Of a stretch of DNA of 64,000 bases, positions 1-9,581 are shown piece after piece. Each line of letters begins with the position of its first letter. The stretch's first letter is position 1. The stretch comes from a virus (taxonomy: Duplodnaviria; Caudoviricetes): IMG/VR virus record IMGVR_UViG_3300021387_000087. The stretch is one strand, 5' to 3'. Both the position numbers and the translations under genes were made by a program. The notes beneath the pieces are model-generated. The model was not told where the DNA came from. It saw only the letters and a program-made list of their open reading frames with translations, and ran no database searches.

Positions 1-1048
1 GCACCACCTGTCTATTCACATCAGCAAGAAACTTGTTAATCCTATCATAATCAGGATTAGCAGGAAGTTCCGTATGTTCTTTCCAGTATTCTAATTTACT
101 CTCTAAATCATCTACAATATCATAAAACTCTGGAAGTGGATGATCCTCGTCATCAAGGTACTTGCCATTCCTGATATCCATAAGAAAATCGTGTTCTTTC
201 GCACGATATGTAATAATCTCACCTTTTTCAAGAATATCAAAACACATCAGATAAAGCCGTACCAGATGCATCATATGCTTTCCAAGTTTGCCACGTTCAA
301 TCGCTTTACGATTCCGCGCACCAATTTTTGCATATTCTTTAACAATTGCAACCATTTCTGACCACATAGACTTATAATCTCGAAGCGGATAGTGCTTCAA
401 GTTAACATCCATGAAAATCTCAGTGTCGTAATCAGGATTTACCGCTTCATCAATATATAATTTAATTGCATCTTCTGGATATTCAAAAAACTTTGTAGGA
501 AAAGTATATTTGGCATTTTCAATACTACGCAGAATAAACTCTTCACGCTTAGTCTGTTCCATAGTTCTAGCGGCACGGTTTTCGAGCCTACGAAGCTGTG
601 ACGAGGCATAACCGCCAAAAGAATGAATAGCACGCTTAGAAAGAAACATATCCCTGTTATCAATCAAAGCCTGACCAATATCTGTCACATAAAAATACTG
701 CCAAGGCTCAAGACCAAGAATTTCAATTGTATTAGGATTGCAATTGGAGAGAAGATTAACAATTTTCTCAAGAGAATAAACAGTAGTATCTGTTTCTTCA
801 TTTACAACTTGCTCAAATCCCTTACGAGTAAGAATGTCCTCTGCGCTATGAGTAGCCACACCACGCACATCGATATCACTATTTTCATTATTGGTGCCAT
901 AGGCATAGCTGCCACCAAGTCCCAGAAGAACAATATTGTCGCCCAAAGGCTTTTCCCGCAAAAACTTGTATCTTTCATCTTCATACAACGCTGTTTGAAT
1001 ATCTTCTACAACCATTGCGATTTCTAAATCATCTGCTGTTCTAATCAT
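1..1048 (-). CDS. Pol-beta superfamily nucleotidyltransferase (RlaP/Nuc-transf-like), 3' end runs off the window
   Basis: Not in the ORF track. Manual translation from ATG at 1048 gives MIRTADDLEI...LGGSYAYGTNNENSDIDVRG...NCNPNTIEILG, with the GS-x-AYG...SDxDxRG motif; it reads ...LPANPDYDRINKFLADVNRQVV at the window edge. Confidence 0.8.
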   Translation of the reverse strand, partial: MIRTADDLEIAMVVEDIQTALYEDERYKFLREKPLGDNIVLLGLGGSYAYGTNNENSDIDVRGVATHSAEDILTRKGFEQVVNEETDTTVYSLEKIVNLLSNCNPNTIEILGLEPWQYFYVTDIGQALIDNRDMFLSKRAIHSFGGYASSQLRRLENRAARTMEQTKREEFILRSIENAKYTFPTKFFEYPEDAIKLYIDEAVNPDYDTEIFMDVNLKHYPLRDYKSMWSEMVAIVKEYAKIGARNRKAIERGKLGKHMMHLVRLYLMCFDILEKGEIITYRAKEHDFLMDIRNGKYLDDEDHPLPEFYDIVDDLESKLEYWKEHTELPANPDYDRINKFLADVNRQVV

Positions 1049-1540
1049 TTAATCACACCTTGTCTCCAATCCAACATATTTATTAAAAATAAATTCAACA
1101 CACGCTTGAGAATCCCAAAGACTTACTATACAATTATCATCACACCAACCACCATCCAGCTGTTGATGATCAAAATAATCATAAGCTTCTTCCCATTTAC
1201 ATTCATCTACTTTAACACCACGACATAACACGCCGTTATGTTTTGTTACATATTTCCCAAATGCTTCATTAAAATAGTTTATAATATATCCTTTATCCTC
1301 AATCTTTTCTATATCAAAGTTATAATAAGCATACAACCATGTCATGATATATTTTAATTTTGTTTTCTGATTAAAGAACTGAGCCTCATCCTTGCCAAAA
1401 TACTGATCCAAAGTGATATGCACATAACCATCTTCATGGATTTTCATATGACATTTTTCTAATCCTCTTTTACTAAAACAGAAGCTATGCACACTACTGC
1501 TATTAGTCTCCCAAACATTACTCCGAATCTGTGTCTTCAT
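1049..1540 (-). CDS. Phage hypothetical protein, ETNSSSxHS family
   Basis: N-terminus IRSNVWETNSSSVHS; paralogous start to the neighbouring gene. Confidence 0.7.
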   Translation of the reverse strand: MKTQIRSNVWETNSSSVHSFCFSKRGLEKCHMKIHEDGYVHITLDQYFGKDEAQFFNQKTKLKYIMTWLYAYYNFDIEKIEDKGYIINYFNEAFGKYVTKHNGVLCRGVKVDECKWEEAYDYFDHQQLDGGWCDDNCIVSLWDSQACVEFIFNKYVGLETRCD

Positions 1541-2366
1541 CTATCCAATCTCCATTTTCATCAAAATCTTCGGGATGCTTTTCTTTATATAATTCCCAAT
1601 CATAAGACCCCTCTTTTGGGTATTTAATCTGAATTGCGTTTTTATCCACAATTCCAGCTTCTAACATAGTGCCAAAAATATCACACTCATCGCCATCTAC
1701 GATAACCACGATATCTTTACGAATTAAGTAATCCTCAAGAGTGATATTATATTTTTCCAGAAATCGTTGAAAAAGTCCTACACTCTGATGATCCACGCTT
1801 CCGAACTTAGGTACCTCTAACCAGATTTCTTCCTGCTTACGACCAGAATTACAGATTTCTTTATAATAAGGTTCTGAATCCTTATTGTAATAACTCCAGT
1901 TTCCATTGCGAACCAAATCATCGTATGGAACTTCTTCATAAGTTGTATAATCCTGATTCAAATCATCTGTTACAGTGTCTGAATATACACGAAATCTCTC
2001 TGAATCCATGTATGGTTCTACTTTGTCAACTCCAATTAGTTTCTTTAAAAGTGGCTCAAATACCTCATGAAATGTATTTTCACCTCGAATATAACTCTCT
2101 AAGCTATAACAACTTCCGCACATAGAAGCCAAAGCATAAGATAGCTTATCCCGAAAAGATGTAAGAACATCGAACTCTCTACCGAATTCTTTATTACAAT
2201 CGTGCATCAACTGAAGAGTGTGCTTATCTTTATTCCAATCCTCATCAAGATAATACTCATCTCGAATTTCTTTCTGAGTCATTGTCTGACGCTTTTTCAT
2301 AATCAAAAGACTGTGCATTGATGAAGAATTAGTCTCCCAAGCCCCTTTTCTTACCGTCATTTTCAT
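1518..2366 (-). CDS. Phage hypothetical protein, ETNSSSxHS family
   Basis: N-terminus VRKGAWETNSSSMHS; AGGAG RBS upstream. Confidence 0.7.
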   Translation of the reverse strand: MKMTVRKGAWETNSSSMHSLLIMKKRQTMTQKEIRDEYYLDEDWNKDKHTLQLMHDCNKEFGREFDVLTSFRDKLSYALASMCGSCYSLESYIRGENTFHEVFEPLLKKLIGVDKVEPYMDSERFRVYSDTVTDDLNQDYTTYEEVPYDDLVRNGNWSYYNKDSEPYYKEICNSGRKQEEIWLEVPKFGSVDHQSVGLFQRFLEKYNITLEDYLIRKDIVVIVDGDECDIFGTMLEAGIVDKNAIQIKYPKEGSYDWELYKEKHPEDFDENGDWIDEDTDSE

Positions 2367-2548
2367 AAATAAAATCTCCTTTTAATTATATATTCTTTAT
2401 TCATCCATCTAATCATTATCACATCTTTACAGGGATAAAAACGTGGTTTGATATACCACAATAGCCTGTCAAGTTCTTTACAAATATCTTTCATATTATC
2501 ACCTCACAACTATATATAGTATATCAAACCACACAAAAATGTCAATAT

Positions 2549-2929
2549 TTAATTATCACTTTCTACAACTTTCTTTTTCTTTCCCGATCTTTTCAGTTTA
2601 ATCTCTTCTTGACGAGCAGCTTCTTCAATGGCTCTCATATCACGATTAAGACGTCCAAACACACGAGCATACCTTCTATGCTCATTAGGATCTTTATATG
2701 TTTTCTCTTCACGTCTTGCACGCTCTGTCGCCCATTCACGACTATCTTTCTCAAAAGGGTTTTTCTGATAAGAATAAGTCTTACCGTCTTCTTTACGTTT
2801 CGCAAATTTTGCCATACGCTTCTCATGACGCTTCTGTTTAATTGCTTTATTAATTGCACGCTGACCACGGGACTTATAACCTTTGCACCACTCATTATGT
2901 TTCTTATTAGGTTTACTCATCTTTATCAC
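2549..2929 (-). CDS. Basic hypothetical protein
   Basis: K/R-rich ORF co-oriented with neighbours. Confidence 0.6.
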   Translation of the reverse strand: MIKMSKPNKKHNEWCKGYKSRGQRAINKAIKQKRHEKRMAKFAKRKEDGKTYSYQKNPFEKDSREWATERARREEKTYKDPNEHRRYARVFGRLNRDMRAIEEAARQEEIKLKRSGKKKKVVESDN

Positions 2930-3857
2930 CTCTCATATCAACAATAGGAGTAGACCCGCCCTGAATCTGAGGTACAGTTCCATTCCACTTTTCAATTTTT
3001 TTACTTTCAATTAGTTCAGATGTCAGTGAACCCGCAACCTTCTTATTTGCTTCAGCTTCAGCTTCAGCAGCAATTCTTTTGGCTTCCGCTTCACCCTCAG
3101 CCTTAATCTTTGCCTTTTCAGCATTAATTACAGCAGTTTCTTTATCCTTTTCAGCCTGAATAAGAGCAACTTCTTTTTCTTTTTCAGCTTCTACAGATGC
3201 AGTCTGCTTATTAATTTTAGCTACCTCAAGTTCCTGTTGAGCCTGAATCTTTTTCTGAATTGCTTTGTCGGTTTCCTTATCTACATTAACATCAATTAGA
3301 GACGCACTTTCAATAATAATTCCATAAGGTTCAAACTTCTGCTGAAGATATTCAGTAAGAGCAATATTAACCGCTCCACGCTGTTCACCAATAATTTCTG
3401 TCATATAATATCTAGGAGTCACTTCTTTAGTCCAAGACATTACATTAGGTCTAATAAATGTACGGAGAACATCTTTACCAGAACGTCCTTTGAACCTTGT
3501 AAAAATCTCAGCAACTCGCTCTGGATCATATCTATAAGTAAATGTCTCATCAACCCTCAGACCCTTGCCATCCTTCGAAGGAGCCTCAAAACTATCATCA
3601 CCCTCAGAATCTCCATCGTCTCCAGCAGTAAGATAAGACTGCTCAATACCGATAGAATAAAGAGTAATTTTCTTAGTAGGTGAAACAATGTGCCAACCCT
3701 GAGAAAGAGTCTTATCATCAATCCCACCATTCATCTTGTACACAACACCTACATAACCCGCAGGAATCCGCTCTGTACATTTAAAACCACAAATAATAAC
3801 AATAGCAATTACAATTGCTGTAAAAATACCACCAATAGCACCTTTCATCTCTTTCAC
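2913..3857 (-). CDS. SPFH/prohibitin (band 7) membrane protein
   Basis: N-terminal TM helix, IPAGYVGVV motif, C-terminal AEAEA coiled coil, KWNGTVPQ end. Confidence 0.88.
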   Translation of the reverse strand: MKEMKGAIGGIFTAIVIAIVIICGFKCTERIPAGYVGVVYKMNGGIDDKTLSQGWHIVSPTKKITLYSIGIEQSYLTAGDDGDSEGDDSFEAPSKDGKGLRVDETFTYRYDPERVAEIFTRFKGRSGKDVLRTFIRPNVMSWTKEVTPRYYMTEIIGEQRGAVNIALTEYLQQKFEPYGIIIESASLIDVNVDKETDKAIQKKIQAQQELEVAKINKQTASVEAEKEKEVALIQAEKDKETAVINAEKAKIKAEGEAEAKRIAAEAEAEANKKVAGSLTSELIESKKIEKWNGTVPQIQGGSTPIVDMRGDKDE

Positions 3858-3990
3858 TCCTTTTTATCCAAACTTCTTTTAATATCATTCCACATATCTA
3901 AAAGCACATCTCCAATAATTGGGAAGAAAATATTTAATGCTCCCCAGAGAAAGATAGCAAATAGAATCACCAAAAATACAAATACTGGAC

Positions 3991-4275
3991 TCATTCTAGA
4001 TTTCCTTTACTCATTTTATTCCAATCTTCCAATAACTCACCGCTCAAGTCATATATATAAAAGAATCTTGACCATGACCCAAAATCCTGAATAATCATTG
4101 GATTCCCATTTTTATCTTTATCAAAAATCCAATTATAATAATAAGATTTAAAATTGATTTCTTTTAAATATTGATTCTCTAGTTCAATCAATTCTTTAGA
4201 TGTATCAGCCTCACCATAATAGTCCAGTGTCTGGTCTCTCGTATTATATGCATTTCTTCCTATATATAACTTCAT
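3991..4275 (-). CDS. Hypothetical protein
   Basis: ORF overlapping the Gp157 stop codon, operon-like. Confidence 0.6.
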   Translation of the reverse strand: MKLYIGRNAYNTRDQTLDYYGEADTSKELIELENQYLKEINFKSYYYNWIFDKDKNGNPMIIQDFGSWSRFFYIYDLSGELLEDWNKMSKGNLE

Positions 4276-4766
4276 TTAATCCTTAGCCCCCTTGTCTGAA
4301 CCAGATGTGCCACACCATCAAGAGCAACGCCAGCTTTAAGGTCTTCCTTTAATAGCTTCTTGTCAACCGTAGGGTCAGCTGGTTTCAAATACTTCTTAGG
4401 AATTTTATCAATATCAACATCTACCACAACACTCGCAGGATTATTCTGAATATTGAAAGAGAAGAGTGGTGTCTTAATTTTTGTCTTACCCATCAATTCC
4501 ATGGCTCCTTGAAGAGATTTCTTCATACGGTCAGCTTTATGTTTAAAAACCTTTCCTTTTTCTGCAAATCGTTTAGATTCAGTATCACAAGCTTCAGCAT
4601 CGTGTTCAAGCTGTCTAATTAATTTTGCATAACCATCTGCTTTATCCTCAATAGCACCATCAAGTCCCTCAAGTGTATCTATAAAAACTTCCTCTTCGAT
4701 ATCTGGGTCTTCAGCCATTTCCATAAGCATCAGCCAGTCATTTGTAAGTTCGTACAATGTAGCCAT
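4272..4766 (-). CDS. Siphovirus Gp157 family protein
   Basis: MATLYELT start, IEDKADGYAKLI, KIKTPLFSFNIQNNPASV, VDKKLLKEDLKAG...LRIK. Confidence 0.88.
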   Translation of the reverse strand: MATLYELTNDWLMLMEMAEDPDIEEEVFIDTLEGLDGAIEDKADGYAKLIRQLEHDAEACDTESKRFAEKGKVFKHKADRMKKSLQGAMELMGKTKIKTPLFSFNIQNNPASVVVDVDIDKIPKKYLKPADPTVDKKLLKEDLKAGVALDGVAHLVQTRGLRIK

Positions 4767-4952
4767 TAAACATCACCTTCTTTCAATGTAGCTTCGTCTG
4801 CAATCTCTTTTACCTTAGGATCAAGATAAATATATACTTCCTTTTCAAGTTCAGATACTATTTCATCTAGATTGAAGAGTTTAAAACCATACACCAGATT
4901 AGCGACAAAAAGTACGAATATCATAATAACCTTAATAATCATTTTAATCTCC

Positions 4953-5180
4953 TTATTCAATAATAATATGTTTATCTGGATGTTCCATTATATCTTTAAT
5001 TATATCTTCTTGACGAATACGAGTACAATCATATATCTTCAGCCAAGTGACAGTTTCTTTAAACTTTGTTTTCGCCTTACGCCGATTCGGTGCCAGTACA
5101 TAATAGACTGGTTTATTTTCATTGTTTGGTCTGTAATCGGCTGTAATTGCAAAGAGGCATTGGTCTTCATATTTAGCCAT
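4953..5180 (-). CDS. Hypothetical protein
   Basis: Short ORF in operon context. Confidence 0.55.
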   Translation of the reverse strand: MAKYEDQCLFAITADYRPNNENKPVYYVLAPNRRKAKTKFKETVTWLKIYDCTRIRQEDIIKDIMEHPDKHIIIE

Positions 5181-5382
5181 TTCCCGTATTATCCTTTAAA
5201 CTATCCAATATTCTTCTCCGCATTCAGGACATATGACAGTTAAACCAACTGTCTCATCGGTTATCATATCTCTTACTCTTCTAACATCATTTACCGTATA
5301 AATAAAAACAAGACCGCAGTTTTTGCATTTCTTTTTGTGATTTTTAATTTTAATATCTATCATAATTTTAATATCTGTCATT

Positions 5383-6000
5383 TTATACCTCTTCATTAAT
5401 AATATTCATCTGACAAGACTTCATTGTCATCAATGCTACTCTATGAAGTTCTGGGGTGGTACCTGCGCAACACGATGCATCAATAGTGATTTCTGCTTCG
5501 GGGAATGCCTGACGAAGTGCAAAAGCATTAGAGACTACACAAATATCAGTGCAAACGCCTATCAGCTCAAATTCAAGGTCTTCTCCTTTATAATCCAAAG
5601 GAACATACATATCCAAAAATGAATTCAAAAGATCAACCACTGTTCTCCAAACATTACCCTCAATTGCGAAATTTCCTTTAACAATAGTATTGTATCCTTC
5701 TTTTCCTTTAATCCACGGATGTCGTCCAGTCGCATGAACAGTATCTAGAATATCTTTCACAATATCCAACCCTCTATTACTTTGACAATGCGGAACTGGT
5801 AAATAACGTCCTTCTCTTGTTTGCGGATAATCATCTTCATCATGCATATCCATCGTAAAAATTAAACGGTCATAATCTTTAACCTTAATCTTCTCAACGA
5901 CCTTTGGTACAATTGCCTGTGCTTCTGGAGTACCAAGAACGCCACTGATGAAATCATTTTGCATATCAATTACCATTAGAATTTTCTTTCTTTTGTTCAC
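5383..6000 (-). CDS. Isochorismatase-family cysteine hydrolase (nicotinamidase-like)
   Basis: VIDMQNDF, TMDMH, PHC and GVCTDICV motifs. Confidence 0.88.
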   Translation of the reverse strand: MNKRKKILMVIDMQNDFISGVLGTPEAQAIVPKVVEKIKVKDYDRLIFTMDMHDEDDYPQTREGRYLPVPHCQSNRGLDIVKDILDTVHATGRHPWIKGKEGYNTIVKGNFAIEGNVWRTVVDLLNSFLDMYVPLDYKGEDLEFELIGVCTDICVVSNAFALRQAFPEAEITIDASCCAGTTPELHRVALMTMKSCQMNIINEEV

Positions 6001-7363
6001 TTTTCTTTTTACTCCCTTCGTCTTCTTTAATAAAATTTTGTGACATCGCTATATTTCTAGCAGCATTAAAATCTGCATTAATATATTTTTGATTGCTATA
6101 AATTTTATGACAGATACACTCTGGATTGGTACAAATAAACTCTTTTTGCGTTTTCCGAAGTCCCCTTTCACCACAGACAGAACATGTCTGGGACGTGTAT
6201 TTTGGATTAATCTTTCTCACTTCAATCCCGTGTATAGCAGCCTTATACTTAATCTTTTCTTGTAAATCATAATAAGACCAATTCCGCAGAATCATTTTTG
6301 AATGTTCATCATCTTTTACATGACCATATTTATCACGACCAAAGCCCGACAAATCTTCTATATTAATATATTTTGCTCCATTCTTGACTGCAAAATCTAC
6401 TACTCTGCGACTAACCATATGAGAATATGTTTGGACAAAATTTTTCTCCCGCTTTTTCAAACGATCTAATGCACGAAGTTTTTTCTGTCTACCATGACCG
6501 CCTTTACTATCTTTCAATGCATGCTGTAAACGTCTTCTTTCATTCTGTATCTGAGTTCTAATTCGTAAGAACTCATCTGCGCTTCCAATAGCCAAACGTT
6601 TATAGTAGTCATTATTTAATGCGCACATTGCAGGAACCGCTTGCCCCAAGTCTACGCCTAATACGACATCTTCATTCAAAGCAGTTTCAACTTTTGGCAC
6701 TTCTAATGTAAGATTGATAATAATCTTTGTTCCTTTGATTTCTATTGTGCTACCACCAACTTTATATTCTTCTGTAAAAATTCGTTTAAAAACTTCCCGC
6801 TGTTCTTTACTACGATAAGGATTCCCAAATCGAAACTTAAAAGTAATATTGTTACAAAACTTAATAAGAACTTCTGGCTTCATATCATTTTCCAAAGCTT
6901 CAAAAAGTTTTGCTGGAGTTTCATAATTATGATAGATACCATTATCATCTTTTTTAGTGCCACGAAGTGCAACAAAATTTACATGTACAATTAAAGGATT
7001 GTTGCTTCTGTAAGTTGGTAATGAGATACGCCCATACATCAAACCCTTTTTACAAGCATTATCAAAATCTTGCTTAACTTTTCTACTTGCAGAAGCTGCA
7101 ATTGGTAGACCCACAGGAAATTTTATATCTTTTGTATATCCACTGCCCTTTTTACTATTGGTAACTCTCTGAAACAAATTATTTAATTCTTTTCTATCTT
7201 CCAATGACATTTCATAAGACTTTGCCATAAATAAATGAGATATATATTCATTCATAGCTTTATTTTGTGCTTCAATGCCCTGTTTTAACCATGTATATAC
7301 TCTATTAATTTCTTCTTTATCTCCAACTACTTGAAGTTCATATTTTCTTGTTAAATTTGGCAT
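5966..7363 (-). CDS. cas12f: Type V-F CRISPR effector Cas12f (TnpB-derived RuvC nuclease, 465 aa)
   Basis: RuvC-I GVDLG, RuvC-II NIEDL, ILRNWSYYDLQ, zinc finger TSQTCSVCG...CTNPEC, RuvC-III NADFNAARNIA; GGHGRQKKL motif typical of Firmicutes Cas12f1; adjacent array and anti-repeat. Confidence 0.85.
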   Translation of the reverse strand: MPNLTRKYELQVVGDKEEINRVYTWLKQGIEAQNKAMNEYISHLFMAKSYEMSLEDRKELNNLFQRVTNSKKGSGYTKDIKFPVGLPIAASASRKVKQDFDNACKKGLMYGRISLPTYRSNNPLIVHVNFVALRGTKKDDNGIYHNYETPAKLFEALENDMKPEVLIKFCNNITFKFRFGNPYRSKEQREVFKRIFTEEYKVGGSTIEIKGTKIIINLTLEVPKVETALNEDVVLGVDLGQAVPAMCALNNDYYKRLAIGSADEFLRIRTQIQNERRRLQHALKDSKGGHGRQKKLRALDRLKKREKNFVQTYSHMVSRRVVDFAVKNGAKYINIEDLSGFGRDKYGHVKDDEHSKMILRNWSYYDLQEKIKYKAAIHGIEVRKINPKYTSQTCSVCGERGLRKTQKEFICTNPECICHKIYSNQKYINADFNAARNIAMSQNFIKEDEGSKKKSEQKKENSNGN

Positions 7364-7399
7364 TATTAATTCCTTTTACTTTTATTTATACCCGTATAT

Positions 7400-7759
7400 A
7401 CTTCAATTCATACCATATATAAATTAAATCAATTTGATCCGGGATGATTCCATTGTAGACTATGCTTCAATTCACACCTATGTACAAATTGAATCCTTTT
7501 ACATAATAAAAGGGACAGCCCACAACCACGCTTCAATTCATATTTGTATACAAATTAAGTCATCGTCCAACCATAACGCGAATCATGGTCAATCTGCTTC
7601 AATTCACGTCTACGTACAAATTGAATCCTGCCTGATCCACCATCAGAGCATACTTTTCCCATACTTCAATTCATACCTGCCTACAAATTGAATCATAGAG
7701 AACAAATTTGCCTGACAAGGATGGTAAGCTTCAATTCATACCTACGCACAAATTGAATC
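7400..7759 (-). CRISPR. CRISPR array, 6 repeats (31-32 nt) and 5 spacers (33-35 nt)
   Basis: Repeats at 7400-7430 (degenerate), 7464-7495, 7530-7561, 7596-7627, 7663-7694, 7728-7759; the last reads GATTCAATTTGTGCGTAGGTATGAATTGAAGC on the minus strand. The most degenerate repeat is nearest cas12f, implying minus-strand transcription. Confidence 0.92.
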
Positions 7760-7794
7760 GGCAAATATCAACTATAACCCCTTATATATACGAC

Positions 7795-7945
7795 TTTTTT
7801 TATTCAATTTGTATGTATGATGATTTATTGAGTGGATCAACTCCCTCAACTTTCGGACGTGAAGCCGCCCGTAATACTTTAATAGTATTAATTTATGGTG
7901 CGAACATACTTAATATTCTCTGTTCACTTTATGTTCGCACTGTTT
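7795..7945 (-). ncRNA. Putative tracrRNA for Cas12f
   Basis: Anti-repeat at 7802-7813 (ATTCAATTTGTA on +), a second element at 7860-7865 complementary to the repeat 3' end (TGAAGC), and hairpins at 7872-7890 and 7898-7940. Boundaries are approximate. Confidence 0.7.
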
Positions 7946-7948
7946 TTT

Positions 7949-8230
7949 TTATTCTTTATTCCCCATAATCTCATTCCAAATTTCTACATACTCATCACCA
8001 AGCTGATGACAGAACTGACTTAATATATATTCTTCTTTAATATATCTGCTTTCCCAACGCTTTAAGTTTTCTAACCAATTAGTTAAAGAATCAGTAGAAT
8101 TAACCCCTAACATATAGTTATTAACACCATACTGGAAAGTCTTATAAGCAGATTCATAACAACACTTCACGCTAAGCAAATCGTAGCACTTGCTTTTAAT
8201 AAACTCTTTAAGTCTTTCTTCGCTAATCAT
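7949..8230 (-). CDS. Hypothetical protein
   Basis: ORF directly upstream of the tracrRNA candidate. Confidence 0.6.
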   Translation of the reverse strand: MISEERLKEFIKSKCYDLLSVKCCYESAYKTFQYGVNNYMLGVNSTDSLTNWLENLKRWESRYIKEEYILSQFCHQLGDEYVEIWNEIMGNKE

Positions 8231-8234
8231 TTAA

Positions 8235-8444
8235 TTACCGCATGCCTTTCTTCTTTTTATAAAGCCGATTAAGTTCCTGCTCGTACATCTTTCTTTCAAT
8301 CGGAGATTTACTGTACTTAATACGTTTTTTTAAATCAGATACTGAATATTCGATATCAGGTGGTTTGAGCGCTTCCATAATGTCCTTAAGTTTTGTATTA
8401 GTATCTATCAGTGTCTGAATCAAGTTTCTCATTTCGGCTTCCAT
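8235..8444 (-). CDS. Hypothetical protein
   Basis: ORF with GAGG RBS. Confidence 0.6.
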   Translation of the reverse strand: MEAEMRNLIQTLIDTNTKLKDIMEALKPPDIEYSVSDLKKRIKYSKSPIERKMYEQELNRLYKKKKGMR

Positions 8445-8485
8445 GTTGTTAATACCTCGTGTTTAATTATCAATTGTCAAAAACT

Positions 8486-8513
8486 ATTATAGCGAACTTT
8501 AGTGTAAAGTCAA
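8486..8513 (-). promoter_or_regulatory. Candidate sigma70-type promoter upstream of the CRISPR-containing unit
   Basis: TTGACT-N16-TATAAT on the minus strand in an intergenic gap. Confidence 0.45.
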
Positions 8514-8520
8514 GAGGTTT

Positions 8521-8841
8521 TTACTCTTCTTCATCGTCTTCGTCCAACTCGTCATCTTCAATATATGCAGGATATTCTTTATTAGTTGCTACTACATCAT
8601 CTTCGCCTTCTTTGTTCTTGCGAACCCTAAAAATAACAGAAGAGGGATCACTATCAAAAACCAACAAATCCAATGCGTTTATATCTTTTTTAGGCGGTTT
8701 ACCAGTACGGAAGGGGTACAAAGCGCACCCCTTTACTGTACAATTTTTTGAATTAGAAGGACTCAGTGAACATTGTCTACATCTTGCAATAGCAGCTAGT
8801 CTCCAAGTTAATTTTCTAAAAGGTTTCTTTTCATCTGCCAT
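8521..8841 (-). CDS. Hypothetical protein, Cys-rich with acidic tail
   Basis: CRQC...CTVKGCALYPFR motif. Confidence 0.6.
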   Translation of the reverse strand: MADEKKPFRKLTWRLAAIARCRQCSLSPSNSKNCTVKGCALYPFRTGKPPKKDINALDLLVFDSDPSSVIFRVRKNKEGEDDVVATNKEYPAYIEDDELDEDDEEE

Positions 8842-8842
8842 A

Positions 8843-9379
8843 TTAGTCCCAATCCTCCGGCCATTCTTTACCTTCTAATTTATACACTGTCTTCCAATAA
8901 TCTCTAGTTGGCTCTAATGTCTGGAAACAATAAGGCACTTCTTCTGATTCTTCAGGCATCTTGAACTCTCCGTCAGGAATAATCAAACGCCACACATATT
9001 CTGGTTTTTCAGCATATCCATTAATATACTGAAGATGCTTATCCACACGCAAATCTGCACCATCGCTAAACATTCCTTTAAGAATCATACCGTCTTCTAA
9101 CTTTAACTGACCTGAAGCAATCTGACGAGCAATTTTTTCAAATAGAAAACTATAAGCATCTGGAGCATCAATTACAATTTGCAATTCATATGACCCATAT
9201 TTATCTAAACCATGAGTGTGAGCATCACACATACCATTAATAAATTCTCTCTTTTTAGACATCTGCTTTTTAGTTTTCGGATCATAATCAGTTACCCAAT
9301 GCACAGTATAATCTACTTTCTTCAACTTATTACTCATACTTATTCCTCCGATCATTAATCTCCATAATCTTACTAGCAA
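8843..9379 (-). CDS. Hypothetical protein
   Basis: ORF with CDAHTHGL motif; true start probably the internal MSNKL. Confidence 0.6.
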   Translation of the reverse strand: MLVRLWRLMIGGISMSNKLKKVDYTVHWVTDYDPKTKKQMSKKREFINGMCDAHTHGLDKYGSYELQIVIDAPDAYSFLFEKIARQIASGQLKLEDGMILKGMFSDGADLRVDKHLQYINGYAEKPEYVWRLIIPDGEFKMPEESEEVPYCFQTLEPTRDYWKTVYKLEGKEWPEDWD

Positions 9380-9581
9380 TATTTAATCTGAACCCCGCAA
9401 AGGGTGGAAGAGTAGTGCCATAGTAATCCTGCATAAATGTCATAGGATTCGCATGCCACCTCTTAATCATCTCTTCCTTGCTTTGCTCCAATACATATTC
9501 TTTTTTAAATATAGACAAAAAGAAATATTTAATCCTGTTAATCAATCTTTTCCTGTAACATTCAACATTCATTGTAACAAA

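Noticed and set aside
5966-7363. IS200/IS605 transposon TnpB
   Set aside because: No TnpA or IS ends seen; the adjacent array and two-part anti-repeat favour Cas12f.
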